Shown: piece after piece, positions 40,997 to 54,999 of the stretch
How positions within the stretch are numbered: position 1 is the stretch's first letter
Layout of the letters: each line of letters starts with the position of its first letter
Assembly (NCBI RefSeq): GCF_002105155.1
Contig: NW_019028990.1
Coordinates: 744,001-808,000 of the forward strand
From: Lobosporangium transversale
Taxonomy: Eukaryota
Direction of reading: 5' to 3'
Length of the DNA stretch: 64,000 nucleotides
The notes under the pieces: model-generated
Seen by the model: the letters and a program-made list of their open reading frames with translations, nothing else
Database searches by the model: none
Told to the model about the DNA's origin: nothing
Made by a program: the position numbers and the translations under genes

Positions 40997-41040
<44 letters not shown>

Positions 41041-41733
41041 TAAAGACGAAAGCCGAAAGGAAGATGGGAGATGGTAATGTGCTTAGAGTAAAAGGGCGAA
41101 GAAAGGCTTCCACGCAAAAAGACTGAAAATAATAACAACCATAGATCGCTTTGCTGAGCATGAGTCGGATGTGTGGTTCATGAGATCTTTCTCTTTCCTC
41201 TATTTCTTTTTTTTTCTTTTTTTTTTTTTTTTTCTCAACCTCAGAATGCACTGGAATAGATATAAGTAGGAAGAGCCAATACCAGATGTTTCTCTAATAC
41301 TTTATACAGAAATAACAGAAATAGAGACAGTATTGTGGTCATGTCTTCTTGCCCTTGGATTTTCAATAATCCTCGATAATAGTGTTGATGATGTTGGTAT
41401 TGGAATAGCACAATTTTTGATTGAATTGACTGGATTGAAGTTTTGACATTAGTTTGGCATCAGCCACTAGATGCATAGACTGCGCAAGCATTACGCTTCC
41501 TGTAAATCTTTCTATTGTTTTTGCCAATGGATATTTTAATTAAGATAGGGGAGGGTGTCATCATCCAATGCCACAGATTCGCCTTGGATCATGTAAAGTA
41601 ATGTTGTGGGCCATTTTAAAAAATAACCCTTCATTCATGTGTTTCCGGATAATCTGTTATCCAAGTGTTTTTTTTTTTTTTTTTTTTTTACTCTTCCAGG
41701 GAAATAAACAACTGTACTTATTCATAACCCTTG

Positions 41734-41766
<33 letters not shown>

Positions 41767-42036
41767 TCTACAAGCATTAATATTAAGCAACGTGAATTAC
41801 AAGTAGAATAAATCAATGAATGACAAGTAAAAATGTACTGGCTCTAATCGTCGTTGCTCAGGTTGACTAAAATGCATAAAAATCAATGGAACACAAGCAA
41901 AACTGTATGGAAAGGTCTATCAAAATACAGAAAAGTAAATGTCTACCATTCAGCACGCGATATTCCATCGTTGCGCTCCATCCGAAATGGCGTAGCTAAG
42001 AATGAACTCATACTGTGGCTCTTTTATTGTATTTTA

Positions 42037-44146
42037 TCAAAAAACATCACGCTTGAAATCTTTTGATGGTGTGAACGCTGAAAACCGCTCGTGGGGTTGA
42101 TGGTCGCGATTGCTCCGACGCCCTTTAGCATCCCAACGGCTAGTCCCTTCGCTTTTGTAACTCGCTTCATGAATCTCGGATATTCTTCTCCAGCTGTTTG
42201 TCTCTGTTCTTTCTGAAGTATTATCTTTATCATTAGATTTGACCTGCAGTTTTTCATATCTCTGTGCTACTTTCCGGTCTCGGAGCTCTTCCCTCTCCCT
42301 TGCTTCTCTTTGGGCTTTGTTTTCATCATACTCGGCTAAAATGGCTGAAAGCTGTTGATGCAAGTCCTTGGCCTCTTTCAATTTTCTCTGGAGCTTCTCA
42401 ACGTCCTTTGATCCTTGAAGATGAGATAAGTTTTGCTCTTGATTAGCAATGTCTGATGACGCTGTCGGTTTGGAGTCTCGTCTAGCTGACTTTACTGCAG
42501 CATTATAGATCTTGGTAGCCAGTTCTGCCAAATCCGCATTGGCACGTGGGTATTTTGGGTTGCGGACGACTTTGGTCCAATGACTTTCTTGAAGAATCTG
42601 AATGGCCTCAGGGATATGCTTGGTCTTTATAGCACATTTGAGAGTCGAAACCAGTGTCCATGCATCATATTCTTGAACAATTGGGTTGATGAGTCGATGG
42701 CGTGTTGGGTTGGTATCCCTATTGGTCATAATAATATCTTTCATTGTTGAAAATATTTCAAGAGACTTTGGCCAATTCCTGGCTTTCAAACATGCATCGA
42801 GACCTTGCTTAAATGTAGCAGGAGTATGGCTTAGCCCTAGTGATTTGATTTCATCCCACGACTGGATCGCTTTCTCATATTCCCTGTTGCTGATTTGAAA
42901 ATGCATCAAAGACGCCAAGAGTTGCGAGTCTGGCCTAAAATCAGGGTAGGTTGTTCGGATGAGATCCATGTACCGCTGCGCTTTACCATAATCCTTAAGC
43001 TTAGAGCATATAGATAGAAGTAGCTCCACTGTCCTAGGTTGAATGGTACGCATTTTCAAAATAGGTCCGACTCCAAGGGTTTTACTAGGATAGAGTGCTT
43101 TATCGAGTGAAGTCATATTGGACGGCGATGGCGACGACAACTTCTCTGCATCGGGTGTAGGTTCCCCTGAGGACAAGTTTAGATCATATAGTGACCCTAC
43201 GATCCGATATCCTCTTTTCATAAAAACTGAGCTTCTAGCCTCCCGACAAGCCAAAAGAAGAGCGTCAATCAGAGCTCCGTCCAGATCCACCTGATCAGGA
43301 CGTTTGGTTTTGGCATCCAAAAAATCCTCCCAGATCCTCCATGCTTGTTCAAAACCTTTATCTCCGCCCATGCGTGCAAAGGAGTTGATCATGATATTGA
43401 AGGTGACAACATCCGGTGAATTTGGCCCAACTTTGGGCATTTCGTCATAAACTTGTTGTAGTGCTTCATAATCTGGTTTACGAGCGCAAACCTTGAGTAA
43501 TGCATTTGTATGTACCACATTGGGATGCGTATCTTCGCTATCTTTCATTTGTTGATAAAGCATCTGAGCTCGGGAGACACTGTTAGGTGAAAAGCTGTTG
43601 ATTGCTAAAGCATTTAGAAGAATAGTGAATGTCCGATCATTCGGTTTATATCCTCTCTTCTTCATCTATAAAACAGTAAATGCGTTGTAAGGGAAAAGAA
43701 AGGTATCCATGCAATTGTGAGTTGTTTGTTACCATATCAAACGATGTTTTACATTTTTTTTTTGTCTAACATACATCATTCAGGAGCTGCCATGACTGAT
43801 TAGTTTTGCCCAACTTGGATGATTCCTGGATAAGGTGATTCCAGACGACTTCGTTCTGGCGGCTCTTGGGCGACTCGAGGACGAGGGTGATAGCCTCATC
43901 TAGCTTCCCATTACGAGCAAATTTGATAATCTTTTCCGAGAGCAGATAAGGGTCCCTTGGGACAGTGATTTTTTTGTCGAGCACCTTCTTTTTAATAGGA
44001 CAGCTTGCTAATGAGGTTGCTGAGAATACTCGTATAGTGTTGGGCGTTGTTGCTGTTCTCTTTATAGTCGAGGCCGTAGTAGTAGTACGGATCCAGTAGT
44101 GACCTCTCTGCGCATAAGTAGATATGGATCTAAGGAGCGTCGACAT
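42037..44146 (-). CDS. Mitochondrial pentatricopeptide-repeat protein (2 exons, intron ~43667-43773)
   Basis: PPR motifs (NEVVWNHLIQ, MKKRGYKPNDRTFTILLNA, PNVVHTNALLKVCAR, PDVVTFNIMINSFAR). Arg/Thr-rich presequence. Confidence 0.88.
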
Positions 44147-44602
44147 GTCTGTGGATGTATGTACCAATGTTACCAACGTCTTTGTTTCTTCTTTTGAGGC
44201 CCTATCCTAGTATTACTTCCTATATATGAGATTTTCTGCTAATCCTCGTGTTGCTATTGTATTTGCTTGGATATTTATAAAAGGATCCGTTGTGGTAAGT
44301 AAAGAATGTTTTTTTTTTTTTTTTTTTTTTGTTTTGATATGGATCTTCTAAAGCAAAGGTAGTGTGACTGCTCAAGCAGGATTGTTAATTTTTTGATCTG
44401 CTGCGCTGTCCATTTTGTCTAATTACACAATCAATTAAGGATTTTGTATCAGCCTTGTCTCAAACTGTCATTGCTCTCAACTGACTTCATCCAGCAGTTT
44501 TTTCTTTTCATTGTTTAAACCATGCATGCTTGAATCCGTGTCTTTTCTTTCGTTCTCACTCTCGTCCTCTCTTTTGTCTTCTTACACGTAATCTGATCCT
44601 TC

Positions 44603-47495
44603 ATGGGCCCAGGCCCCTTCACCGGCTTCATGGCTTTTCGTTTGCCACTGAGAAGTCTTGCCACGGCTGCCCAAAATGCCACGACCACAGCAACCTCTTC
44701 TATTAGCATATCTTTTACTGCATCCTCACCGCGCAGTCTTTTATCTTTTGCTCACCCTTTAAAATGTCAGTCTCAATCTTACTTTTCCTCTTCGCTCCGC
44801 AATACAACTTGCCCTATCAACAATGTCAACTTGACACTGATCCGTTTTGAACGTCCTCAACAAGTATACATACGCGTCTTTACTTTTTATTAATACTTCT
44901 TTCAAAGTGCTTTTGAATGTTAGCCTCATAAATGTTCATTCCATTTGCTTCTTGGTATTTGTTTTTATATGTCTTTACACGACTAGACATCATTGTATTC
45001 CTCTCTTACCCATCATATTCAGAAACGACCTTTTATGCGTCAAACTAGTCCGCGTCTCGATGCTAAAAAAGAAGGCATTAATACAGGATTTGGGTCGAAA
45101 TCCTCTGCAGACACAGGCGCAGGCGCAGCTGCTGCTATTAAATCATCAAAGCCTTTGTCACAGCCTGTTAATGCATCTGGCTCGAAGACTTTAGAAGGAA
45201 CAGCCAGCAATGCAGAACAAAACCGATTGGACTGGAAGATCTTTAAAGATCTGTCAACCTACATTTGGCCTAAAGATGATCGTGGTGTTAAGATCCGTGT
45301 CGTGGCCGCATTGGGACTGTTGGTTACCGGAAAGATCTTGAACGTCCAGGTGCCTTTCTTTTTTAAAGAAATTATTGACAAGCTGAACGTTGAATTTCCA
45401 GCCGAGGCCACTGTCCTTGGTGTCGTAGGTGCCGTTATCTTGGGTTGTAAGTCCAAAAATAAAATAATTTTTTTTTGTCATATTTATGATTGATCACAAA
45501 CTTACTTGAAGAGGACAATTAACATTTATTGAAACTATTTCATTTCAAATAATTTAGATGGATTGGCTCGGGCGGGATCATCCATCTTTGGTGAACTTCG
45601 CAACGCTGTTTTTGCTGCGGTGGCTCAAAAGGCTATCCGACGTGTTTCTGCAAACGTCTTTGAACATCTGCATCGCCTTGATATGTCGTTCCATTTGACA
45701 AAGCAAACTGGAGGTCTTAGTCGCGCTATCGATCGAGGAACAAAGTAAGTCGCTGTCATTTCATAAAAGAACGTATACACCCACAAACTTGCGCTTGTGT
45801 TGTAATGCTGCGCTTTACTCTTTCCAAGGCCCGCTCATTGGCTATCTACATAATAAACTCACGTTTGTCACTGTGGTTGTATCTCCTTCGCTCCACGTCA
45901 ATTCAACATAAATAGAGGCATTAGCTTCTTGCTCTCGTCCATGGTTTTTCATCTCTTACCTACTGCGCTGGAAATCACGATGGTCTGCAGTATCCTAACC
46001 TATCAGTTTGGCCCATCCTTTGCTGCTGTTACCGCTGCGACCATGGCGGCATATGCTTGGTTCACTGTTCAGACCACTGCATGGAGGACAAAGTTCAGAA
46101 AGCAAGCCAATGCAGCCGATAACCAGGCTGCAACGGTCGCTGTGGAGTCTTTGCTTAATTTCGAGTCTGTTAAGGTAAGCCAACAGTTATTCAATATCTT
46201 TTTTTTTTTTTTTTTTTTTTTTTTAACGCTCGCAACATTATTTACATTATAATCTGAAATGAATGTTAGTATTTCAACAATGAAGGATTCGAGTTGAAGC
46301 AATATGACGAGGCATTAGCGAATTATGAAAAGGCATCGCTTAAGATTGCTTCCAGTTTGGCGTTTCTGAATGCAGGGCAGAATGTGATTTTCTCAACCAG
46401 TCTGACTGCCATGATGTATCTCGCTGCCCAGGGGGTTCTCGCTGGAACAATGACCGTTGGAGATGTGGTCATGATCAATCAACTCGTATTCCAGTTATCG
46501 TTGCCCCTCAACTTTCTAGGATCTGTTTATCGTGAACTGCGTCAAGCTTTAATCGACATGGAGACAATGTTCAACCTCCAGAGTGTCCATGTTAAGGTCC
46601 AAGATAAACCCGGCGCAAAGGCGTTACAGTTGGCCGCCAAGGGAGGAGAGCTGCGATTCGAGGACGTTGTCTTTGGTTACCATCCTGATCGGCCGATCCT
46701 GAAAGGCGTCAGTTTTGTAGTCCCTGCTGGCAAAAAGGTTGCTATTGTTGGCCCATCTGGCTGTGGAAAATCAACACTCCTTCGACTTCTCTTCCGCTTC
46801 TATGATCCTCAGAGCGGCAATGTGTATATTGATAACCAAAATATTCGTGATGTGACACTGGATAGTTTGCGATCCCAAATTGGTGTGGTCCCACAGGAGA
46901 CAGCGCTTTTCAACACGACGATTAAGCGCAACATTCACTATGGTCGAGTGACAGCAACGGACGAAGAAGTTATTCAGGCTGCGAAGCGTGCTCATATCCA
47001 TGAAGCCATCATGAAGTTACCTGAACAATATGAAACCAAAGTTGGAGAGCGCGGCTTGATGCTATCGGGTGGAGAGAAGCAGCGTGTGGCGCTCTCAAGA
47101 GCTATTCTGAAAAATTCGCCCATCATGTTCTTTGACGAAGCGACATCGGCCTTGGACACTCATACAGAACAAGGATTGCTTGCTAATATCCGATCTGTCC
47201 TTCAGGAGAAGGGCGGCACTAGCATGTTTGTTGCTCATCGACTGAGGACTATTGCTGACGCAGGTAAGCGCCTTTTTTTCTTTTTTCAGTTTTTAATTTT
47301 TAATTTTTTTTTTAAAAAAAAACATCCTTTACTGTTGTATTGAAAGTAAAATAACCTTTTTTTTTTTGACTAGATGAGATTATTGTCTTGAAGGATGGTC
47401 AAATTGCGGAACGTGGTCGTCATGAAGAGTTGCTCAAGAAGGATGGTATTTACCGACACATGTGGGATACACAGGAAGGGGAGGCAATTTTCTAA
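44603..47495 (+). CDS. ATM1: Mitochondrial ABC transporter Atm1/ABCB7 (Fe-S export), 6 exons
   Basis: [59 protein letters not shown], Walker [27 protein letters not shown]. Confidence 0.97.
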
Positions 47496-47669
47496 ATGCT
47501 GTATGGGCTTACCAATATCATCTTTCTTTATTACTATTACACGGGATACAATATCATTATTATTATTTTTTTTTTCTTTTTTCTTTTTTCAAAATAAATA
47601 TACATTATGTAGACTATGATACATATTGAGCAGCTACAGCAATAGGATGTGAAGAGCGGAGGGATATAT

Positions 47670-48538
47670 TCAATTGTCGTATGAAAGAAGAGTCATGGGA
47701 TGATCCTTATAATGCGAGATCATGCTGTGATCAAGCGTATAAACGCTGACAGTGCCAGAATCCCCGCCAATAATTAAGTGTTCGAACAAAGGTGATGCGG
47801 CTAGGCGTGCGATAGGGCCTAGATTGGCTTCAAACGACCAAGTCTCTGCATCCTCAGTAGCTCTGCGAATATCCCATAGTTTGACCGCCCCGTCACCTCC
47901 ACCCGTCATCAACATGGACTGACTGGTTCCTGAACCCTGTGACCACCAGAGCGCTGATGTGATACCTGCATTCAAGTCATCCTCCCCAGTATCCGCATGA
48001 TGAAGCCGGTGCAATGGCGGACGGTTCATGAAACGGCGATCAAAGACAGCGATTTCATTGCGATGTGAACAACTGATGATATAACGTTCACAAGGGCTGA
48101 AATCCACAACATTGACGTCCTCGTGGCCAGACACTGCAGATTCAATCTCTCGGGCGTGCATTACATCAAATACTCTAACGAGACCGTCGCCTTTCTCGTC
48201 ATCGCCTGCGTTTGTTCGGCCGGAAGTGCCGCATACTAAGAATTGCCCTTTTTTTGTAGAAATGGTAACGATGATAATAGCAATTAGGGGAAATTGTGGT
48301 TTATCTTATTTTCTTTTTTCTTTCCTTCTTTTTTATCACGTCGCTTTATACATACCAGAACTCGAGAAAGACAAGGCCGAGACGCTTCGTGTGGTATGAC
48401 AAACACCGGCTTGTCGAAAGCCAAGTTCAGCTACGGCTTTCCTTGTCAAAACATTGGCATCATAAAAGGCAATCTATAAATGGGGGAGGGGAAGTAATTA
48501 AATCTGAAAATAAGCCTTTATCCTAGCATTAGAAATGA

Positions 48539-48575
<37 letters not shown>

Positions 48576-49010
48576 CTCACATGGCCATGCATGGCATCCC
48601 CATGAATGCCTTGGTCCAATCCTTCTACACCGGCCGCGAGACAATCCCAAAAGTGACCATAGCCAAAGTTGATACTTGAGATACTTCGACGTCCACCGGA
48701 AGATTCAAGCTCTTTGTTTCCAACTTTTACTTTGCCTTCCTCACTCAACGAATAGATGTGGATGAGACTTGATGAATAAAGCAGAGAAAAATACATATTA
48801 ATAATAATGAAGCCTTTTGATCCGCACATACTAACAGGATTGGAAAAAGCTTACCCTCCTGAAGAACATGATGCGAAAATGTCTTCTCCATATAGGGAGT
48901 CCTCCATGATGGCAACACGGTTCACACGAGACCGCGCATCCTCTATTATCATATGATTGAAATATCATTATATCATTAATACCCGTGCAATCTCTTTTTT
49001 ACCTTTTTTA

Positions 49011-49043
<33 letters not shown>

Positions 49044-49900
49044 GCAAATATATATATTTCAACATACGAATGACATTGAGCTGGTTTCCTGTTTCTGCAT
49101 CCCAAACCTGATAGTAAGCATCAAATGGAAGTGATTAGGAAGCATATTAGGGAATAGTTTATGAAAATGTTGCGCGAACAGTTGGACTTTGAAATTTTGG
49201 CTTTTCTCACACTTTACCATGACACGGTGGTCATCAGCACCAGAGAGGAAGAAGTTTTTTGAGTACGAGAGCTTGATATCATTGACAGTAACAGTTAATG
49301 CTAGAGACAGCAAAAATGCCAAGGAAACAGCGTACAGCAGTGATTAGCGAAAAAATAAAGAAAATAAAAATAAAAATAAAAATAAAAAACTTGTGCAAAT
49401 ATCAATTTACTTTGATTTTCGACTTGTCCAGGTCGCTCATGACCCCAAAGTGTTTTTGTAACGCTTTTGTTAAGGTCACATAGCAACAAGTTCCCATTAC
49501 GGTTGTAGATATCCTGCGTCGCCACATTGGCTACTGCCAATTTAAGACTAGTCAAGTTAAAATGAAGTGGGGCAAAAAGAGAAACGGTTAATTTTACAGA
49601 AAATGAATCATGGTACTCAGGCAGAGCTTCTATTTCATAATAAGATCCATCGAAATAATAATCATCATCATCAAGGAGCCTTTACGTTGATGATTTAAAA
49701 GCCATGTCCACAACACTACCACTGGAGAAGTTAAATGATGTAGCATGTCCATAATTCCGTAATTGCCTTAAAAGCAACATATCCTAGGGAGTAGGGAAAA
49801 AAAAAAAAAGGTTTCCAAGGAATACCAAGAAGCAACAATTGTAATCGGGTTTAGCGCTGTGTCTCCTGGAAAGTAAATGGCCAAGAAATTCATTCCTTTG

Positions 49901-49933
<33 letters not shown>

Positions 49934-51449
49934 TTAACAACGTGGCGTTGACTTTGACCCCGCTCTCTCATGTTCAGTAACCTTGTAAACGAAGCCTTGC
50001 TATGAAGTGTAAGCAGGTCTGGTGTACAACGTTCTGCTATTTTTGGGAATTGCTTAATAGCTTCCTCGAAGGCTTGAAGACAAACAAATCCAGGGCGTTG
50101 ATAACCTGTGAATCGAAACACCTCACTGTTTTCAAGTAAAAAAAAAAAAATCAGAGAAAGGGAAATTGAAAGAGAAAAAAAAAAGGGGTGAAGGAAAAGA
50201 CTTACTTGGCCACTGCATTCCAGTCAACTTTTTTCATTGTACTTGTATAATCTGCTACCTGAGCAAAAATGATACTCATTTCTTCTTCTGTAATATCTGA
50301 TGGCGCAACGACATTGCGCTTGGCAACGTGGCCAGAGACCAGAGCTTGATCCCACTTTTGTCGTAACATGTCCTCCTGATAAGTCTAGAGCAGTTTATAC
50401 AAACAAACAAATATATATATAGACAGATGAACTTGCCAGCATTTCAATGTAAAGAACAAGTGTGAAAAGATATTGTAAGTTTTTTTTTTTTTTTTTTTTT
50501 TTTACCAATAAGCGATTTCTTGAACTGTGATATGATTTGTTCATTAGATCCACAAAATCAATGCCTGGTACGTGCTTCTTCTTCAAAATAGACGGCAACT
50601 ATTATAAACAAATATAAAACGTGCATTTTATCTCACTAGAGTCAGACTTGGCTTTTTGAGGCAACCAAAGAAAAAAAAAAGATAATAAAGTAAGATGTAA
50701 AAAAAAAATAAAAAAAAATAAAAAAAATATACCTCTAGTTCGCCACCTAGATGCTGATCAGCGTTGTAGTCGTAGTCTTCTTCAAAGTCGTCAGAGTCAT
50801 CCTCAGCATCAATGATGGTGCTAATGATACGGGCATTTTCATTATCGAGTTTAGTGATAGAATTCGATTCCTGAAGCACATGGCTCAATCCAACAGTATC
50901 GTGTGTATGATCACGAACAGATTTTGACTCAGGGCCCGGTTCAAAGATGGCTTTTTGGTGCAGTGTTAAAGGATTTAGTTCTGTCTTGATCTTAGGCGAT
51001 AGCTGTAAGATAGATTGTTGTTGCTGTAGAGAACCCCCAGCATCCAGATCACCGTCGAATGAGGTGGATGGATCTAGCCTTATGATTTTTGTCGGCCTTG
51101 TGGATGAGGATGTTAACTTGACACGTTTCCTATGAGCTTTATTGTTTCTCTCATGGTTGCCATTATTGTCGCCGCTGTTGACATCATGATTTTGGTCCCT
51201 GCTACTGATATTGCTATCACTGACACTCTCTTCGTCACCTGATGAAATACAGATCACGTCTGCTGGAGCTGGAGTTTTGTGCGCGTAAAGATTTGCTAAA
51301 GCCTTATTAAGCCTATTACGATGTTTAATTTCGAGGGTTGCGTCCGTCTCCGAGTCCGAGTCTGAGATTAACCAGACTTGCGATCTTTCCACTGAACTGG
51401 CGAGCCATCCTTCGCGCTGAGGTCCTCTTTTCTTTTTATCTGCAGACAT
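47670..51449 (-). CDS. WD40 DCAF-type protein resembling Raf1/Clr8/Dos1 (DIM-9), with SANT/Myb-like segment; multi-exon
   Basis: H-box-like FTRLLNMRERG, YNRNGNLLLCDL (fungal Raf1-like YNRxxNLLLGDL), WD repeats ending GGGDGAVKLWDIRR (WDxR), and Myb-like VDWNAVANEV...QRPGFVC. Confidence 0.6.
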
Positions 51450-52539
51450 TCAGTGATGTAGACTGTAGGAATAACACTCCTTGGTTGTATCACTGTTCAA
51501 GGACAGAGTCTTATCCCTGCAGATCCTTTTTTTTTTTTTTTAAAAAAAAAAATAAAAAAATAAAAAAAAATAGAGAAATAAGGACACACGATGGTGAACC
51601 AATGATCCTGCAGGATTAGGTGGTGATTTCCTGAATGAGATCCAGATCTGATACCCTGTTGCTCTGCGTTAGCCTCGTGAGTTCAAAGAGTGTGACTGCT
51701 CAATGATTGATTATTTCTATTGCCACCATTTTATTGCCCTCCTCATTCTGCTCCAACACATGTATCGTTATTCGACGTTATTGATTAACGTCCATAGTAT
51801 TCGGTAGTTCGAAAACTGAACTATCTTTCGCAAGTACGGCACTATTGGTTGGTATGCCGAATGAAGAGTGACATACAAAAGTAGCATTTCTCCATATGAT
51901 TTTTAATGACTCTTACTTTGTACATCTGCCTCTAAGAGAAAGCCTTCTCTACTAAGCAAATGTTTTGTATGGTAGCATGGTCAATTTTATAGGAGTTGTA
52001 TCTCTTAACTTGATATTAGCTTCAGATGGAAAGTTGATGATCCCAAATTAAAGTATATGGCCCAGCACATTATCTCCTATAAAAGCTGATACAAGAACAT
52101 AAAGTTGGACCGCTGCCAACGACATCTGATACCGAAACCAAGAATGCCATATGATTTTTAACGCTTACTTTACATATTTGCCTTAGAGAGAAAGCTCGCT
52201 CTACGATACATGTATTGAGGCATCTGTGGAGCATGAGCTTTTATATAGGCAGGTCAGAGCTAATAGAAAGCAAAGGTTTGATTTGTCCGATTTGCACGTC
52301 CAGAACTGAGTAAATGAGTAGGTATACTTTTCTTACCGATATTACAATAACGGTGATCCAAGATCAAAGGATACCATGCAGCCAACATCCATGGCGACGA
52401 GGCAAGTCCTCGTTAGATGTTAAAGTAAAAGTAAAAGTAAAAAAATAAAATAAAATAAAACATTCACTCAGTTTTGCGTGTTAGTGTAGACAGATATATA
52501 TTCAATTTTTATTTTTTACAATCAATATAGAGAAAATTT

Positions 52540-53440
52540 CTAATCCTTGTTGATGTTGCGAGGGTAGGTGGGTCCAACCTGCTGGATAACTTGGTGGGCG
52601 AGATAGTGACCTTTGGCAACAGCATCGGCGATGGAGGCGCCTTCGACAATCTTTGCAAGGAAACCACCGCAGAAGGCATCACCAGCACCATTGCAGTCGA
52701 CGATATCAGACTCGGAGATGGCAATGATGGGGTATTCCTGGATATTGCCCTCTGAATCGACCACAATAGTGTTATTAATACCCTGAGTGAAGACAACGAT
52801 GCGCTTGCGGCTATCGTTCTCCTTTGGAAGCTGAGAGATGTAGGTGGCGGTGGCCTTGACATCCTTGGGGTTAGGCAAGTTGTGAGCCGTGGCATAGGCT
52901 TCGGCTTCACCCTCGTTACCAAAGACAATGTCCATATAAGGAAGAACTTCGTCCAAAACCTTGGTAAAGAATTGAGGGATAAAAGGAGCAGAGAGGTTCA
53001 TGGTGAAGATCTTATTCTCTTTGGAAGCATGCTTGGCAACCTCGAGAATACCCTCAGGGGTGACGGTGAGGAAGTAGCCTTCTACATAATAGACGCGGGC
53101 ATTCTCAACGAGACGCCAGATACGCTCACTGCGGATATGGTCAACTGTGAACTTTTCCGCAGCGGACAACTTTGTGACAAGCGAGCGGTCATGACCTGAG
53201 ATCAAGGCAGCGCAGGTGCCTGTGGGAAGATCGCCAGGAATGGTGACGTATTCGGTGGTGAGACCATCAACAGTGGCAGCAGCAACGAGCTGGTCGCGGA
53301 ACTTGTCCTGAGCAGTAGCGCCGACATAGACGACTGACTTTGGAGGAAGCAGGCGTTGTGCGCCGCGAGCAGTGTTCTGGCTGGCGCCGCCTGCAACATA
53401 GACAACGTCCTTGTACAGGATGATCTCTTCATATCTATTA

Positions 53441-53475
<35 letters not shown>

Positions 53476-53934
53476 CATTAGCAAAGCTATTTTGAATTTC
53501 CTATGTTCCTGTCCGGTTTCCTGAACATGAACAGAGTTGGTCCCCTTCTTTCTTTTTTTTTTTTTTTTTTTTTGTTTGCTGCATTATCTTCCTGTACTGC
53601 ATCATTGATGTTATTGATATTCCATGTTTGGTTGTCCAATATGTTTATGAAGACACATTTGTATTTTTTCAATTGATCAATAAATAAAAGACACATACAG
53701 AGACTGATGCGATTCATCAGCGAGAATGGCATCGTTAGACTTGAGATGGTATCTAATGCAATTTTAAAAAAATAGAAAAAAAACGATCACGATGTCAATG
53801 AATGAAACAATAAACAAACAATAAAAAAAAATTGATCTGCTAACAGCTATTTACCTTGCAAGCAGATCTTCATCAGCCTTGACTTGGATATCAAGCAAGG
53901 GGTTTCCCATACAGAAGAGAGAGTAAGAAGCCAT
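52540..53934 (-). CDS. ADO1: Adenosine kinase (pfkB family); exons 53934-~53855, ~53752-53699, 53434-52540
   Basis: MGNPLLDIQ, AGGASQNTARGAQ, PTGTCAALI, MNLSAPFIPQFF, FGNEGEA, VDCNGAGDAFCGGF. Confidence 0.96.
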
Positions 53935-54064
53935 GATTGATTTTTCAAGAGACAGTGTCTGTGTGTGAAAGTATGGAAGACAGCGAAGAGGAAGAAAAAG
54001 AAAAATGGGGCTATTTTGATTTATTTTTTTTCCACGCGTTTTTGTATTAAAGGATCCTCATATG

Positions 54065-54100
<36 letters not shown>

Positions 54101-54777
54101 GGGTATACACATTCCGACATATACCCCTCACAAGCTTAAAGTTTGCACTAAAGGGAAGTAAGAGGTCCAAAGTTGTAAAGTAGTATAGTGGATTACAGGC
54201 AGAATACCTGAGAAGATACGATGGCCATTAGGTTGCAAGTGTGTTGCCTAGATCATATTTTGGTTGGCTATCATTTTACCTTGGACTAGCTGACCATCGA
54301 TCTCTTCGGTATGGAAAACTCGACGCGTCCTGGTCACCTTAGTCGGACAGTATACTACCGCATATATGGCTTGACCAATACATGTAAGCACATGCTGTTA
54401 AATCTTTAATGGCTCAATTAAGGACACTTTGTATTTTCGGCGTATGTAATCTACGCTCTTTACTGTTTTTCTTCTCTCAAAGATAACAGTAATGTCTTCA
54501 GAGACTGCCAGACCACTATTCAGTTACTTTCTTTTTTCATGGGTTTGCCCAACTATTTTGCGCAGGAATAGTATTAATAAAGTCCAGTAGACAAAGATGA
54601 ACGAATGTCGCGTTTGCAATTTTGGAGTTTGCATTTTCAGAGGATTGAAATATGCCAGGATCATAATAAGTTACTAGAACGAAAGAAAGATGTCTTTATT
54701 ATGATCCAGGATCTTCATTGAATAAAAAGGGATAGAAAATCTTAAATGACTGCTAATCGCAACACGGATAATCAATT

Positions 54778-54795
54778 TCTTGCATTGATGGGAAT
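54778..54795. repeat. Left target-site duplication of the SINE (TCTTGCATTGATGGGAAT)
   Basis: Identical to 55000-55017. Confidence 0.92.
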
Positions 54796-54999
54796 TTTTT
54801 TTGGTAGTGCCGTACTGTGGGACGATTACATTTTTTAATGGTGCAAAGACTGGGTTAGTACTAAGGAAAATTAACCTGTTCCATACTCAGTTCGGGGGCC
54901 ATACCTCTCTGTCCCCTGCTCTGACCCAGGAGAAAACGAATCTTCCGGGTTTGGAACCCAGATCCTCTGCTACAGAGGGGAAAGCTTTAGCCGCTAGGC
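54796..54999 (-). mobile_element. tRNA-derived SINE (~204 bp, slightly 5'-truncated) with short A tail
   Basis: Minus strand begins GCCTAGCGGCTAAAGC (A box/D arm), has CTGGGTTCCAAACCCGG (B box/T arm), a unique body, and ends in A7-8. Flanked by identical 18-bp direct repeats. Confidence 0.85.

Noticed and set aside
38724..42037. Autoregulatory TEA sites (CATTCY) upstream of the TEA gene
   Set aside because: Only a couple of matches noticed in 3.3 kb, about what chance would give.
52509..52545. Stop-codon readthrough giving a peroxisomal PTS1 on ADO1 (also checked UGP1 and RSAD1)
   Set aside because: No TGA-CTA context, and the extensions do not end in an SKL-like tripeptide.
54945..54999. 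Functional tRNA gene
   Set aside because: No 5' acceptor stem, no canonical 7-nt anticodon loop, T loop is TTCCAAA, and it sits inside a TSD-flanked element. Better explained as a SINE head.
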